NCBI GenBank assembly: GCA_964016885.1
Contig: OZ024742.1
Span: 56,420,001-56,484,000 of the forward strand
Length of the DNA stretch: 64,000 bases
From: Eledone cirrhosa
Lineage: Eukaryota
Direction: 5' to 3'
Shown one piece after another: positions 1 to 12,544 of the stretch. How positions within the stretch are numbered: the stretch's first letter is position 1; every line of letters starts with the position of its first letter. The translations under genes and the position numbers were made by a program. The notes under the pieces were generated by a model that saw nothing but the letters and a program-made list of their open reading frames with translations, was not told the origin of the DNA and ran no database searches.

Positions 1-2185
1 CTAGATCCTAACATTACTCCCAATATCCACATTAACACGAATGACACAAATTCTCTAAAAATCATCAATCCTAGCGATTCTGAATATTTCTATAACTTAC
101 CTAATGTTATTACTACAAACAGTGCGAAAACACCTAACTCCACTACTCTTAAAAAAGCAGTTAGTAATAACACCTTATATCTTAATTCTCACAATAAACC
201 TAATGATATATCACCTATCTGATTGAACCTTCAACATAACCAAACTATACCCTTGCAATCCAAAAAACTAGAGAAACATATCCGAACTACCGTATATAAC
301 AAGAATGATACCGAAATTCCAGGTCCTATCAATAATGCTCCATTAACAAAACTCACAATATCCTCTACAAATCAAACAAAAAGCAATAAATCAAAAACTA
401 ATACAATTCAAAAATCTACTAAACAATTATTTCACACCCATAATAACAATCACAATGTTATAATTTCATCTGAAAACAATATCTACCCTCAAACTTCTAT
501 ACATACCCAATATAACAAGAGGAAGCCTTTTAGAAACCATAAAAGAAATGTAACATGGTATAACGCTCCATTCAACTTGCAAACTATGGGCCAAATCCCT
601 AAAAGATTTTTTACAATTCTCGATAGGCATTTCCCACCTAACCACAAATACCATCAAATCTTAACAGAAATACAGTAAAATTTTCCTACTCCACATCGAG
701 CAATATACAACAAAAAATAAGTGCATATAACATCTATAAATGTAAGAAATCTCCATCTATACCACACACAATAGCACACCACATACAAGATAACTATGGT
801 AATACTACATTTTCCTCATCCTTAATAGGGACTAAGATTTACATACCCAATCTAACTAATAGCGCCCAGAACAACCATGACTCCGTAAACGCTATATCAA
901 GTATAATTTCACCTACTAGCAACAATTCGGATTATAACCACCCTACCGTAAACCCTTCTATCCCAAATAAAAAGGTAAACGAAAATACTAACACTATTAT
1001 TGAGAATATGGATAGCACATCTGAAACCCTATATGCAAACGGTTGTAAATGTAGAATAAAAGAAAATTGCCCCTTAAATGGAAATTGCTTAATTAATAAT
1101 ATAGTATATAAATGTGTAATCACCACTAAAGACTCTAATCAATCCTATATAGGATCCACTTCTAATCCATTTAAATCGAGATTTTATGCACACACCCACA
1201 GTTTCCGAAACACAAAATTAGCAAATACCGCTTCTTTAGCAGAAGCATTTAATACTTGTAAAAAGAAGAATATTAAATATAACCTAACTTGGAAGATTCT
1301 TAAGAGAACTATTTCTTATCAGGGCAATAGAAGGGAGTGCGGACTATGTTCCCAAGAAATTTTTGAAATTATTAAATCGATGAACACTCTATTAAATAAA
1401 AGACAAGAATCAATTTTAGTATGTAACCATAAAATCAGAAGGACATTCAAATATTATAAATACAACTAAACAAATATAGAAAAAGATATAGGTGAATAAA
1501 TGTGTGAGTATAGGTGTTTGTGTGAATATGTATATCTGTGTGTGTATATGTATGTATATGCATAAATGTATGCTTTTATATAAACATGTGTAACTATACA
1601 TGTGTATATAGATTTTTTTTAAATTATATATTTTTAGAACAAATTATTCCTCACAACAAAGAAATAACTAACTTTTTAAGATTGTTCTATTCCATTCTAC
1701 TTGATGTAACACACTAATCTCAGTATCCCTTCTCCTCCAACCGTAATCTTCTTTGACCATCAACACTTTTATATACAATATGCCTAAACTCATTTACACT
1801 AACAACTCTCATTTCTTTTCTTAAAAGACATTTGATACCTTATCCACTGATGGACTATTTATTCATATACTTCCACCAACTTTAAGGATTTATACTGCCC
1901 CTTTCCATTCTTAACAATGGTCAATTTCAACCTGGTTATAAAACCTTACTTATTCATGTGTATGTTTTTTTGTATTCTTCAAAAAACGAAACTCATTATT
2001 TCTGAAGACGGCGGGTAGTGAAGACGTATGTATTTTTTTCTTACTATGATATTTTGTAATATATTTTACATAGATCAATAATTGAATGAACATACAGAGA
2101 ACTATCCCCCAGAAACGATCGTAAAAATAATGTGTTTTACTATGAATTAATAGTTTTGTGTTTAATTTCATTGTTTTAATATTTC
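1..2185 (+). mobile_element. Penelope-like element (Naiad-like), 3' part: disrupted linker, GIY-YIG endonuclease ORF (1008-1469) and 3' UTR/pLTR ending at (TA)n
   Basis: WYNAPFN linker motif in ORF 223-678. ORF 1008-1469 has CKC..CPLNGNCL..NIVYKC..YIGST..FKSRFYAHTHSF..CGLC..LLNKRQE, i.e. GIY-YIG plus Cys motifs. An HHR lies in the 3' UTR. Confidence 0.85.
1994..2132 (+). ncRNA. Type I hammerhead ribozyme motif with extended helix II
   Basis: Helix I CATTATTT/AAATAATG (one extra A), CTGAAGA at 2002-2008, helix II base GGGTAGT/ACTATCC, GAAA at 2112-2115, palindromic helix III ACGATCGT, GUA cleavage triplet. Confidence 0.65.
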
Positions 2186-2217
<32 letters not shown>

Positions 2218-2229
2218 CGTACAGACAAA

Positions 2230-2860
2230 AAGTATGTAAAAAAAACATAGATATAAAAACACACATACACACACACATATACACATACACGCGCACATCC
2301 GAATGCATTCGTATACATTCGTATACATATACAAACATGTATACACACACATGCACACTTACACGCATACATATATAAAAATCAGCCGTATGAATAAATG
2401 GGTACAAATTATACGCAAGTAAACATACATAAAAGCGGCTGAGGGACAACAAAATATATCTGAAGTTGAAAACACAAGTGACAAGTGATATCAGGTAGTG
2501 AAAGAAAAGGGAGAAGTAAAATATGTAAAATTGTGAAGATATAAAGTAAGTGAATCAAAAAGCAGGGGGGTGGATGTGAATGATGTGAAAATAAAGTTAA
2601 AAATAAAACTAAAAGTAAATCAGAAAGAGAAGTCTGTAAAGAAGGTAAGTTAAGCAAAGTGAAGAACAAGAGTTTATGGAGGATAAGTATCTGAAAGTGA
2701 GTTACGTTTATATGAGCTGGAAAGCAAGTGTGATTTCATGTATGGGCAACTGGTGAACATTTCTCTTTTTGCATTTAGGGAGGTTTTTGGTGATTTAAGG
2801 TTCTGTAAAATCCAATATTTTTCGCTTATGCACAGTGCACCTCTTCTTGTTCCTCTTGTG
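2230..2860 (-). mobile_element. Degenerate 3' fragment of a second Penelope-like (Naiad-like) element
   Basis: Minus strand around 2710-2860 translates, with a frameshift, as ..ALCISEK..SLNAKREMFTSCP.., which resembles the C-terminus of PLE GIY-YIG ORFs. A low-complexity UTR follows. Confidence 0.5.
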
Positions 2861-3002
2861 TGTATATATATATATATATGAATATAGACATAGAATATTC
2901 GAAAATATTCTGTATGTTTATAATAAACATTTTGAAGACCTAATCGCTATAGAATAGAATACGTCACGTATTACAATTAGATTCTCGACAAAAGCAAGGG
3001 AA

Positions 3003-3045
3003 GTAATCTACGCGTTTCATTCTTATTAGAAATCTTCAGGATTAC
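3003..3045 (-). ncRNA. Minimal type I hammerhead ribozyme, array unit 1 (identical copies at 3313-3355, 3623-3665, 3933-3975, 4243-4285)
   Basis: Minus strand reads GTAATC-CTGAAGA-TTTCTAATAAGAAT-GAAA-CGCG-TA-GATTAC: 6-bp helix I, intact core, TTCT/AGAA helix II, palindromic ACGCGT helix III, GUA site. Confidence 0.88.
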
Positions 3046-4363
3046 ATATCCAGTGCTTTTATCGAGAATGACACAGCTAGAGACTTATAGAATACTTAGC
3101 TGTGTACAGGAACTGGTTTGAAAGAGCGGTTGCCGGTCCGGCAGAAATTAGAAATTGGAATAAATGCTCTGAAATAGCGATATATATGTGAATATAGACA
3201 TAGAATATTCGAAAATATTCTGTATGTTTATAATAAACATTTTGAAGACCTAATCGCTATAGAATAGAATACGTCACGTATTACAATTAGATTCTCGACA
3301 AAAGCAAGGGAAGTAATCTACGCGTTTCATTCTTATTAGAAATCTTCAGGATTACATATCCAGTGCTTTTATCGAGAATGACACAGCTAGAGACTTATAG
3401 AATACTTAGCTGTGTACAGGAACTGGTTTGAAAGAGCGGTTGCCGGTCCGGCAGAAATTAGAAATTGGAATAAATGCTCTGAAATAGCGATATATATGTG
3501 AATATAGACATAGAATATTCGAAAATATTCTGTATGTTTATAATAAACATTTTGAAGACCTAATCGCTATAGAATAGAATACGTCACGTATTACAATTAG
3601 ATTCTCGACAAAAGCAAGGGAAGTAATCTACGCGTTTCATTCTTATTAGAAATCTTCAGGATTACATATCCAGTGCTTTTATCGAGAATGACACAGCTAG
3701 AGACTTATAGAATACTTAGCTGTGTACAGGAACTGGTTTGAAAGAGCGGTTGCCGGTCCGGCAGAAATTAGAAATTGGAATAAATGCTCTGAAATAGCGA
3801 TATATATGTGAATATAGACATAGAATATTCGAAAATATTCTGTATGTTTATAATAAACATTTTGAAGACCTAATCGCTATAGAATAGAATACGTCACGTA
3901 TTACAATTAGATTCTCGACAAAAGCAAGGGAAGTAATCTACGCGTTTCATTCTTATTAGAAATCTTCAGGATTACATATCCAGTGCTTTTATCGAGAATG
4001 ACACAGCTAGAGACTTATAGAATACTTAGCTGTGTACAGGAACTGGTTTGAAAGAGCGGTTGCCGGTCCGGCAGAAATTAGAAATTGGAATAAATGCTCT
4101 GAAATAGCGATATATATGTGAATATAGACATAGAATATTCGAAAATATTCTGTATGTTTATAATAAACATTTTGAAGATCTAATCGCTATAGAATAGAAT
4201 ACGTCACGTATTACAATTAGATTCTCGACAAAAGCAAGGGAAGTAATCTACGCGTTTCATTCTTATTAGAAATCTTCAGGATTACATATCCAGTGCTTTT
4301 ATCGAGAATGACACAGCTAGAGACTTTCTTAGCTGTGTCATTCTCGATAAAAGCACTGGATAT

Positions 4364-4406
4364 GTAATCCTGAAGATTTCTAATAAGAATGAAACGCGTA
4401 GATTAC
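4364..4406 (+). ncRNA. Minimal type I hammerhead ribozyme in the inverted arm (second copy 4674-4716)
   Basis: GTAATCCTGAAGATTTCTAATAAGAATGAAACGCGTAGATTAC is read directly on the + strand. Confidence 0.88.
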
Positions 4407-4881
4407 TTCCCTTGCTTTTGTCGAGAATCTAATTGTAATACGTGACGTATTCTATTCTATAGCGATTAGGTCTTCAAAATGTTTATTATAAACATACAGA
4501 ATATTTTCGAATATTCTATGTCTATATTCACATATATATCGCTATTTCAGAGCATTTATTCCAATTTCTAATTTCTGCCGGACCGGCAACCGCTCTTTCA
4601 AACCAGTTCCTGTACACAGCTAAGTATTCTATAAGTCTCTAGCTGTGTCATTCTCGATAAAAGCACTGGATATGTAATCCTGAAGATTTCTAATAAGAAT
4701 GAAACGCGTAGATTACTTCCCTTGCTTTTGTCGAGAATCTAATTGTAATACGTGACGTATTCTATTCTATAGCGATTAGGTCTTCAAAATGTTTATTATA
4801 AACATACAGAATATTTTCGAATATTCTATGTCTATATTCACATATATATCGCTATTTCAGAGCATTTATTCCAATATATAT

Positions 4882-4980
<99 letters not shown>

Positions 4981-5039
4981 ACAATAATAATGATAATTAT
5001 GAAATTATTGTGTACAATGCTCAGGTGCACTACAACTCA

Positions 5040-5990
5040 TCAAAGGTGCATGTATAGTACATAGAATAATATACAAATGTCAGGGAAGTTAATAGTGTAT
5101 GAGTCATGATGTACATGTGTGCGTGTGTACGGAGGGGGATTATTAGGTGTAGTGTTGGCGAATCTCAGGAAGCATGGAGATTTTAAAGATGCAGTGTCTC
5201 GACAGCTAATAACTGATGCAGGTAGTTTGTTCCATGCTTCAGTAACCCTGAGCGTGAAAAAATGTTTCCTAAAATCATGGGAGCTGTGCTGTTTTCTAAC
5301 TTTGTTGGCATGCCCACGTGTGTTAAACACATGGAAATCAAAAAGGTACTCAGGGTTGTTGTTGGCAAGATGGTTAATAATTTTGTGGGTGTTTACCAAG
5401 TCAGTTGCCAGACGTCGGAGCTTCAATGTATCCATGCCCAGGGGAGCAAAGTATTCATAGTATGGTAGATGCCTGATGGAGGGTATTCGCTTGGTTGCAT
5501 GTCTCTGAACAGTTTCCAGGCGGTCAATGTTCTGAGCAAGATAGAGATTCCAGACTGGTGATGCAAATTCTAAGTGGCCGCACCATAGCTATATAGAGGT
5601 TTAAATAGATAGTTGGAGAGCGTCTGACAAAGGTCTTGCTGAGTGATGTTAATACACCCTCGGCCTTCTTGACAATTTTTGAGACGTGCTTAGTCAAACG
5701 CAAATCGTTGCTGACAGTAATGCTCAAGTCACGTTCACAAGAAGACTTCTTGATATTAGTGTTGTGGAGGGAGTATGTGGACGCTGGGTTTTTACTCCCC
5801 AAATGCATGGTGGTACACTTGTCCATAGCCAGCCTCAGTTGCCAGTCCGTGATCCATTGTTGCATTGTGTCCAGGTCAGATTGCAGGCAAGATCTATAGC
5901 GTTCAGGATCTGTCCTTTTTATCTCAAGGTACAGCTTGATGTCATCTGCATATTTCAGTACTGTGGCATTAAGTTGGCATCTATGTCATT
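5040..5990 (-). mobile_element. CR1/L2-group LINE, 5'-truncated RT C-terminus
   Basis: Minus strand gives VLKYADDIKL, ERDLSITV, YIAMVRP and TRGH..HFFTLRVTEAWNKLP, with frameshifts. Confidence 0.85.
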
Positions 5991-6008
5991 AATATATATA
6001 TATATATA

Positions 6009-6075
<67 letters not shown>

Positions 6076-6134
6076 ATGTATGTATGTATGTATGTATGTA
6101 TGTATGTATGTATGTATGTATGCATGTATGTATG

Positions 6135-6910
6135 GATGTGTCAGTAATTGTCACAAGTGTAGTGTTTGTACCAAAGTTTTCAAGTCGCTGGCTGGACTAA
6201 AAAGTCACACTCGTTCAGCGCATCAGTAGGGGTTCTCCTACATGGATATAAAGTAGTGGCCGTACTCGAAAACGAGTTGGCAGCCACCATGTATGTATGT
6301 ATGTATTTATGTCAGGACACCAGTTGGTGCTACTGGTAACATGTATCCCAGTACAACCTGTCTCATGGTCGGATCGTTGGCGACTAAACTGGCAACCCCA
6401 CCAAGGTTCCTTGGCGAGGAGGCTGACTTTGGACATCCTGCAGGACTAAAAACAAAACCTGTCAAAGGGCTCTTAAGAGTCAATGGCCATCAAAAATCAC
6501 CGGGAGAGATGACCCCTTAGCCTTTGTCAAGGCAGAATTCTAGGAGAAGGAAAACTCTGATATAACACCTACAACTCTGATGGTATCCAATGATGTTGAC
6601 TTGTTCTTCTTTTTGGTAAATATCATCTTGGTTAAGAGAGTGGGATTGGCTTTGTGCAGTGCCTTTGCTCACTATAAAAGTTTCACGGCACAGGCATTGC
6701 TTTGTATCTGGAGATCTCTCTGCACTTGTCATCACATGGTACCATGGACCCAGCACTATGTGTCAATAATTGTCACAAGTGTAGTGTTTATACCAGAGTT
6801 TTCAAGTCGCTGGCTGAAATAAAAAGTCACACTTGTTCAGCGCATCGATAGGGGTTCTCCTACATGGATATAAAGAAGTGGCCGTACTCGAAAACGAGTT
6901 GGCAGCCACC
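6135..6910 (+). mobile_element. Non-autonomous RTE-derived element: 3' fragment (6135-6290) plus a ~600-bp unit (6311-6910), each with a (TATG)n tail
   Basis: RTE-type 5' UTR motif CTAGGAGAAGGAAAACTCTGA. The 3' end encodes C2H2-like HKCSVCTKVFKSLAGLKSHTRSAH*. Repeated at 20481, 21147 and 35667. Confidence 0.7.
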
Positions 6911-7077
6911 ATGTATGTATGTATATATATATGTGTGTGTGTGTGTCTGTGTGTGTGTGTGTGTGTGTATGTATTTATGTATTTTTATGTATATATATTA
7001 TATATCTACATATATACATATATACATATATGCGGAGTAAGTATATAGGTTTTATTGGCAACATGACCTTCCCAAAG

Positions 7078-7134
<57 letters not shown>

Positions 7135-7136
<2 letters not shown>

Positions 7137-10100
7137 CAACTTCTCAAACCCCTAAGCCACTGACAAACGAAGAAGGAAGCACCACACCGAAGATGAACTT
7201 CCCAACCTCGCTACCATAAGAAGGAACAAAAACCCAAGAAATCATCTCCCCCAGAATGACATTTACAACTTTCCCCCTTCAAGGAGACACCATACCAAAT
7301 CACTCAACTACTATGCGGATGCCTCATCATCAAACATAGGGAAAAGATACCACCACCATGATAGATGTAACAACTTCCCCGCTTCAAGGGGACAGCAAGG
7401 TAATTACCATTTTCTCAACTCTCGCTTCCCCAATATACAACAAACCCACACCACACGATACAACCAACAACGTAGGCCACTTATAACACCACAATACAAC
7501 ATGGCACATAGAAACACACATCCATACTCGCAGTACAGGAACACCCCATTCAATCTACAACCACCAACCCGAACCACATTTTACAACAACAAGGAATATA
7601 ACAAACACAGGAGACCACTTAACATCAGCAGACAACCCCTCTACCCCAACCATGTTGTAGACACAGCACACAGATACAGGCAAACAAAATAACACAAGAC
7701 AGGGAGGAGAAACCGATAGTAATAACAATTATCAATCTTACTAGTGCAGAACCAACACCCAACCTTATCAACTTACTCTCCAAAGGTCTTAAATTCACAC
7801 CGACCCCACTACGTCCTAACTACTATGAAATGAAGGAAGACATCACAGACTTCTGTAGAAAGTTACGACTTAGTGAACAACTATTCGACCAGTACAATGA
7901 GGATGAATCCTTAGCCAGAATAGAAGCAATTACACCCGTTCAAAAGGTAGAAATAAAATCCTGGACGAATTCTGTGAACACATCACAAACTTCCCTTACC
8001 AACACTTGCACAGACAAAAACACAAGCCAAACCTCAACAAGAAAGAATGGGAAGAATTTAATAGATTAAAAACCGACAGAACCATTACAATTAAAGAGGC
8101 TGATAAAGGGAGTATAGTAGTCCTAATGGAGACAGAATTCTATATCAACTTAGCGCTCTCCACTTTGGAAAACGAAACATACTACGAAAAGGCTGAACAC
8201 TACAATCAACAGAAAATTATGAGAAACCTAAAAACTCTAATCAACCAATACAAAGAAGGACTCACTAACAAGGAATTCAGCTTCATCATAGACTTCACAA
8301 GTAAATCCAGTCGTTTCTACGGTATCCCTAAAGTACATAAAAGCGAATTAATAAGTAAGGCATGCAAGGAAGCCACAGACATAGTCATCAATGTCCCCTT
8401 ACCCAATGATCTCAAATTAAGACCTATAATAGCAGGCCCCGCTTGCGAAACCCACCGCCTTAGCAACTTCATTGATACCCTTCTCAAGCCCTTTCTCAAA
8501 CACATCAAAAGCTATATAAAGGACGACCTAGATATGCTCAATCACCTCCCTAATATGCCACTTTATAAACAAACCCTACTAGTGACGTTCGATGTAGTCA
8601 ACCTATACTCCAACATCCCCCACAACCTAGGAATAGAAGCTATCCAATTCTGGCTGGATAATTACCACAATGAACTCCCACAACGCATCAAAAAAGAATT
8701 CGTGATAGAGTGACTAAAATTTATCTTGGAGAACAATTACTTCGTTTTCAATAACAAACCCTACAGGCAGAAATCTGGGACCGCTATGGGAACGAAAACA
8801 GCCCCCACTTATGCCAACCTAGTCATGGGATACCTGGAAATCACTCTCTACACTAAAGTCCTAAACAAATTTGGAAACACTCTCCACTTACACATTGAAA
8901 GGAACTGGAAGCGATATCTAGATGACTGCTTCATCCTTTGGCACGAAAACATCGAAAAACTTAAAGAATTTCACACCCTTACAAATGGGCTCAACACGAA
9001 TATTAACTTCACGATAGAATACAGCCATCAACAACTCCCCTTCCTCGACATCCTCATTAAGATCCATAACAAAAAAATAGAAACAGACATATACTACAAG
9101 CCCACAGACTCCAAGCAATATTTTCCTTTAAACTCTTGCCACCCTAGACACGTTAAAATTAATATTCCCTACAACTTAGCCAAGAGAATCTGTACTATAG
9201 TCTCCAATAAAAACACCTGCTACTTACGGCTACAAGAACTAAAGGACACACTCATAGGCAGGGACTACCCTGCATCACTAATTGACAAAGGAATCCAACG
9301 CGCCCTAAAACTCAGTACCCAGGACCTTAGACACCCTAAAGTAAATCAACCGAAACTAAAAGCTCTTCCATACATCTCCACACACAACCCCTTCAACAAT
9401 GAGGCCTTTGACACCATCCTCCAGAACATCCCTGTGTTGAAAAAGGACCATAGAATGAACCAAATCCTACGAACACACGATATCATAAAGAACAAAAGAC
9501 AATCCAAGTCAATGAAAAACATCCTAACACATGCCAAAGTACTGCCAACCACAACAACGAAACCCACAGTAAAAAAATGCGATAGACCCAATTGTGGCAT
9601 TTGCATCAACCTAATAGAGGGTTCAGAATTCTATTTCAAAGAAGGACAACGTTTTATAGTAAAACACAATTTCACATGTGCATCGGAAAATCTAATATAT
9701 GTATTAACTTGCTCAGGTTGTCGAGAACAATACATAGGCCAGACCAAAAACAGCCTCCGCCAACGCATGACTGTCCATAGATCCCAAATTAAAATACGGG
9801 AATACAGGAAAATACCACTGAGTGAACACATTCATACCTGTGCCGCCCAAAATCATCCCAACTTCAGAATCTTTCCCCTCTACAAATTTAAAGATAATGC
9901 CACCCACACCCAGCGCATCAGCGAGGAATCTTACTTTATTAACAAATACGGACCCCGTATAAACACTTCTCCCTAAGACGAACCCACAACATACACACGT
10001 CAACATACATACCTACATCAGCACACATCTCTACCCACATATAAACACAATGACATAAGTAAACACACATGTTCTATGGTGCAACACAAAATAATATATG

Positions 10101-10366
10101 TGTATATATATATATATATATATAGTGAATATATGTATATATATAGTGAATATCATTTCACACCTTTCATTGTTAAGATTTTTGATGTTCTATTAAGAGA
10201 ACCGATTTGACTGAAAATATCGAATAATGTACACCATTTTACCAGGGAAAAAAAATACTGGTCCACCCCCACCCCACACACACATACACATTCTCACACA
10301 CACATACGCACACATATATACACACACACACACATACACACGCGTACATTAACATACAAAGAGACT

Positions 10367-10397
<31 letters not shown>

Positions 10398-11143
10398 TTC
10401 TCCGTATAAGACAAAAGCTGAAAAATATCTTTTGACATGCTAAAATACCCCCCAATGCTTACAGACACATTCCTACTGACCATCCCGCTACCACGAATTA
10501 CTCTGCTATATACACACACACACACACACGCACACTTATCTTAATGGGCATTTGAACTGTCAACAGGCTGCGGTCCGCACACACATCCCTGCTAACCATT
10601 ATCACAACATCGAACACTTTACTACTACTACTACACACACACACACACACACATATTTGTTGTGAAAGAGTCATTTCTCAGTCTTGGCGCAAAATCAATT
10701 TTTTACATTCACATGACCTCTACCGACCAATCAAAATTATTTTGACCACAAGAATTTTTGCAACACCAAGTAGCGCTAGAGCCACTTTTTTAACATAAAA
10801 ACAGTCTTGGCGCAAAATCAATTTTTTACATTCACATGACCTCTACCGACCAATCAAAATTGTTTTGACCACAAGAATTTTTGCAACACCAAGTAGCGCT
10901 GGAGCCACTTTTTTAACATAAAAACAGGTAGAATTCCCAAAACTAATCAGATCAGAGCAAACAACACGGACGCTCTATCTCAAAATTATTTTTGAAAAGC
11001 ATTTAGAAATGCGCAACCGCTAAAAACTTAAAAACTTAAAACCACAACTGAATAGTAACCCATACAATTACTAATACTCTTTTATTCCTAATTAAACTAT
11101 TTTTCAACTGTGAACAATTTGTCAGCATTTTCTATTCCGTTTA

Positions 11144-11147
<4 letters not shown>
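7135..11147 (+). mobile_element. Penelope-like element (Neptune-like Cys-rich linker), nearly full length, disabled by a frameshift and one in-frame stop
   Basis: ORFs 7830-8069, 8006-8713 and 8726-9976 contain IKEADKG, FDVVNLYSNI, GTAMGTKTAPTYANL, WKRYLDDCF, KKCDRPNCGIC and FTC..NLIYVLTCSGC..YIGQT (GIY-YIG). The long 3' UTR has a 122-bp duplication at 10681/10803. Bounded by (TA)n. Confidence 0.92.
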
Positions 11148-11214
<67 letters not shown>

Positions 11215-11444
11215 GTATATGTATGTAGGTATATACATGAATATGTGCGCGTAATACTATATAGATTAACGCAGTGGCAGATATAAGAAGAATACCTCAA
11301 CCACTATATATATATGTAGCCTGAAATCATACTTTCCTTAACTTATTGTGTTTTAAAGGAAATCTATGACCCATCCACACGAAGCAAGATCCTTTCTTTG
11401 TAATGATTATATGCATTTTAAACCGGTCGATATTTGTACACATA

Positions 11445-11483
<39 letters not shown>

Positions 11484-11550
11484 CCTATATATCCCTTCTG
11501 TATCGATTGTGTTGTTATTTCTGTTTTACCTTTTACATACATATATATAT

Positions 11551-11657
<107 letters not shown>

Positions 11658-11695
11658 TATATGTATATATATATATATATATAAATATACATATA

Positions 11696-11760
<65 letters not shown>

Positions 11761-12335
11761 TTATCTATATCTATATGTATATATATTTACTTATCTCCCC
11801 TCACTGTCGCTCTCTCTATATATAAATATATGTGTGTGTGTGTGTGTGTGTACAAACATACATACTTACATATATATTTATGTGTGCAATATGATGTATA
11901 CACCTGTATTATTATCAGTATTATTCTATGTGTATGTTTGTACCTGTGGTTGTAAGAAAGAGCGCACGTGTGTGCAAGTAAAATTGGAGCTGCTTCAATG
12001 ATATTTGCATTGCACGCCACTGATGCCTACGCACTCAGAATCAATTTTGATTTAGCTACTGGCATGATATTGCATTCATTTCCATAGTTTTGTATATTAT
12101 GTCAGACTGTCAAGTGTTTGTCAAGGCAGAATATATTCATGACCAAATAGATAATAGTATTTTTTTTCAAAGTAATGTGCAAACATTGCCAAATCGAGTC
12201 AGACAGCACATGATATATACAATCGTTAAAGTTGTCTATAATAATGATCAAATCGCAATATATTGTACCCGGACTAGGAATTTAAGGATGGGAATTATGC
12301 ATTAATACTTCTGCTGATATTTGTCCTCCTCTCCC

Positions 12336-12417
<82 letters not shown>

Positions 12418-12505
12418 TCCTTCTCTCTCTTTCTTTCTCCCTCTCTCTCTCGTGTTATTGACAGGTACATATCTGCCTAGCTACAGAAATGCAGGCACAC
12501 GCAAA

Positions 12506-12539
<34 letters not shown>

Positions 12540-12544
<5 letters not shown>

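Larger units (their letters stand above)
2872..4875. repeat. 310-bp tandem array: about 4.7 direct units followed by about 1.75 inverted units; retrozyme-like
   Basis: AATATAGACATAGAATATTC recurs at 2881, 3191, 3501, 3811 and 4121 (period 310). From 4330 the sequence is the reverse complement of the unit. (TA)n flanks both ends. Confidence 0.97.

Noticed and set aside
2872-4875. CRISPR-like or telomeric interpretation of the array; also twister-like GCCGGTCC in the unit
   Set aside because: Units are identical with no unique spacers, there are no cas genes, and the context is eukaryotic. The rest of the twister consensus is absent.
8711-8713. In-frame TGA splitting the PLE RT (EFVIE*LKFILENNYF); selenocysteine considered because some Naiad PLEs are reported to encode selenoproteins
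   Set aside because: The site is not in a Cys motif and is more simply a GGA-to-TGA nonsense change. The copy also has a frameshift, and I recognised no SECIS. The zinc motifs of the Naiad-like copies (1008-1469, 38583-38630) contain no TGA.
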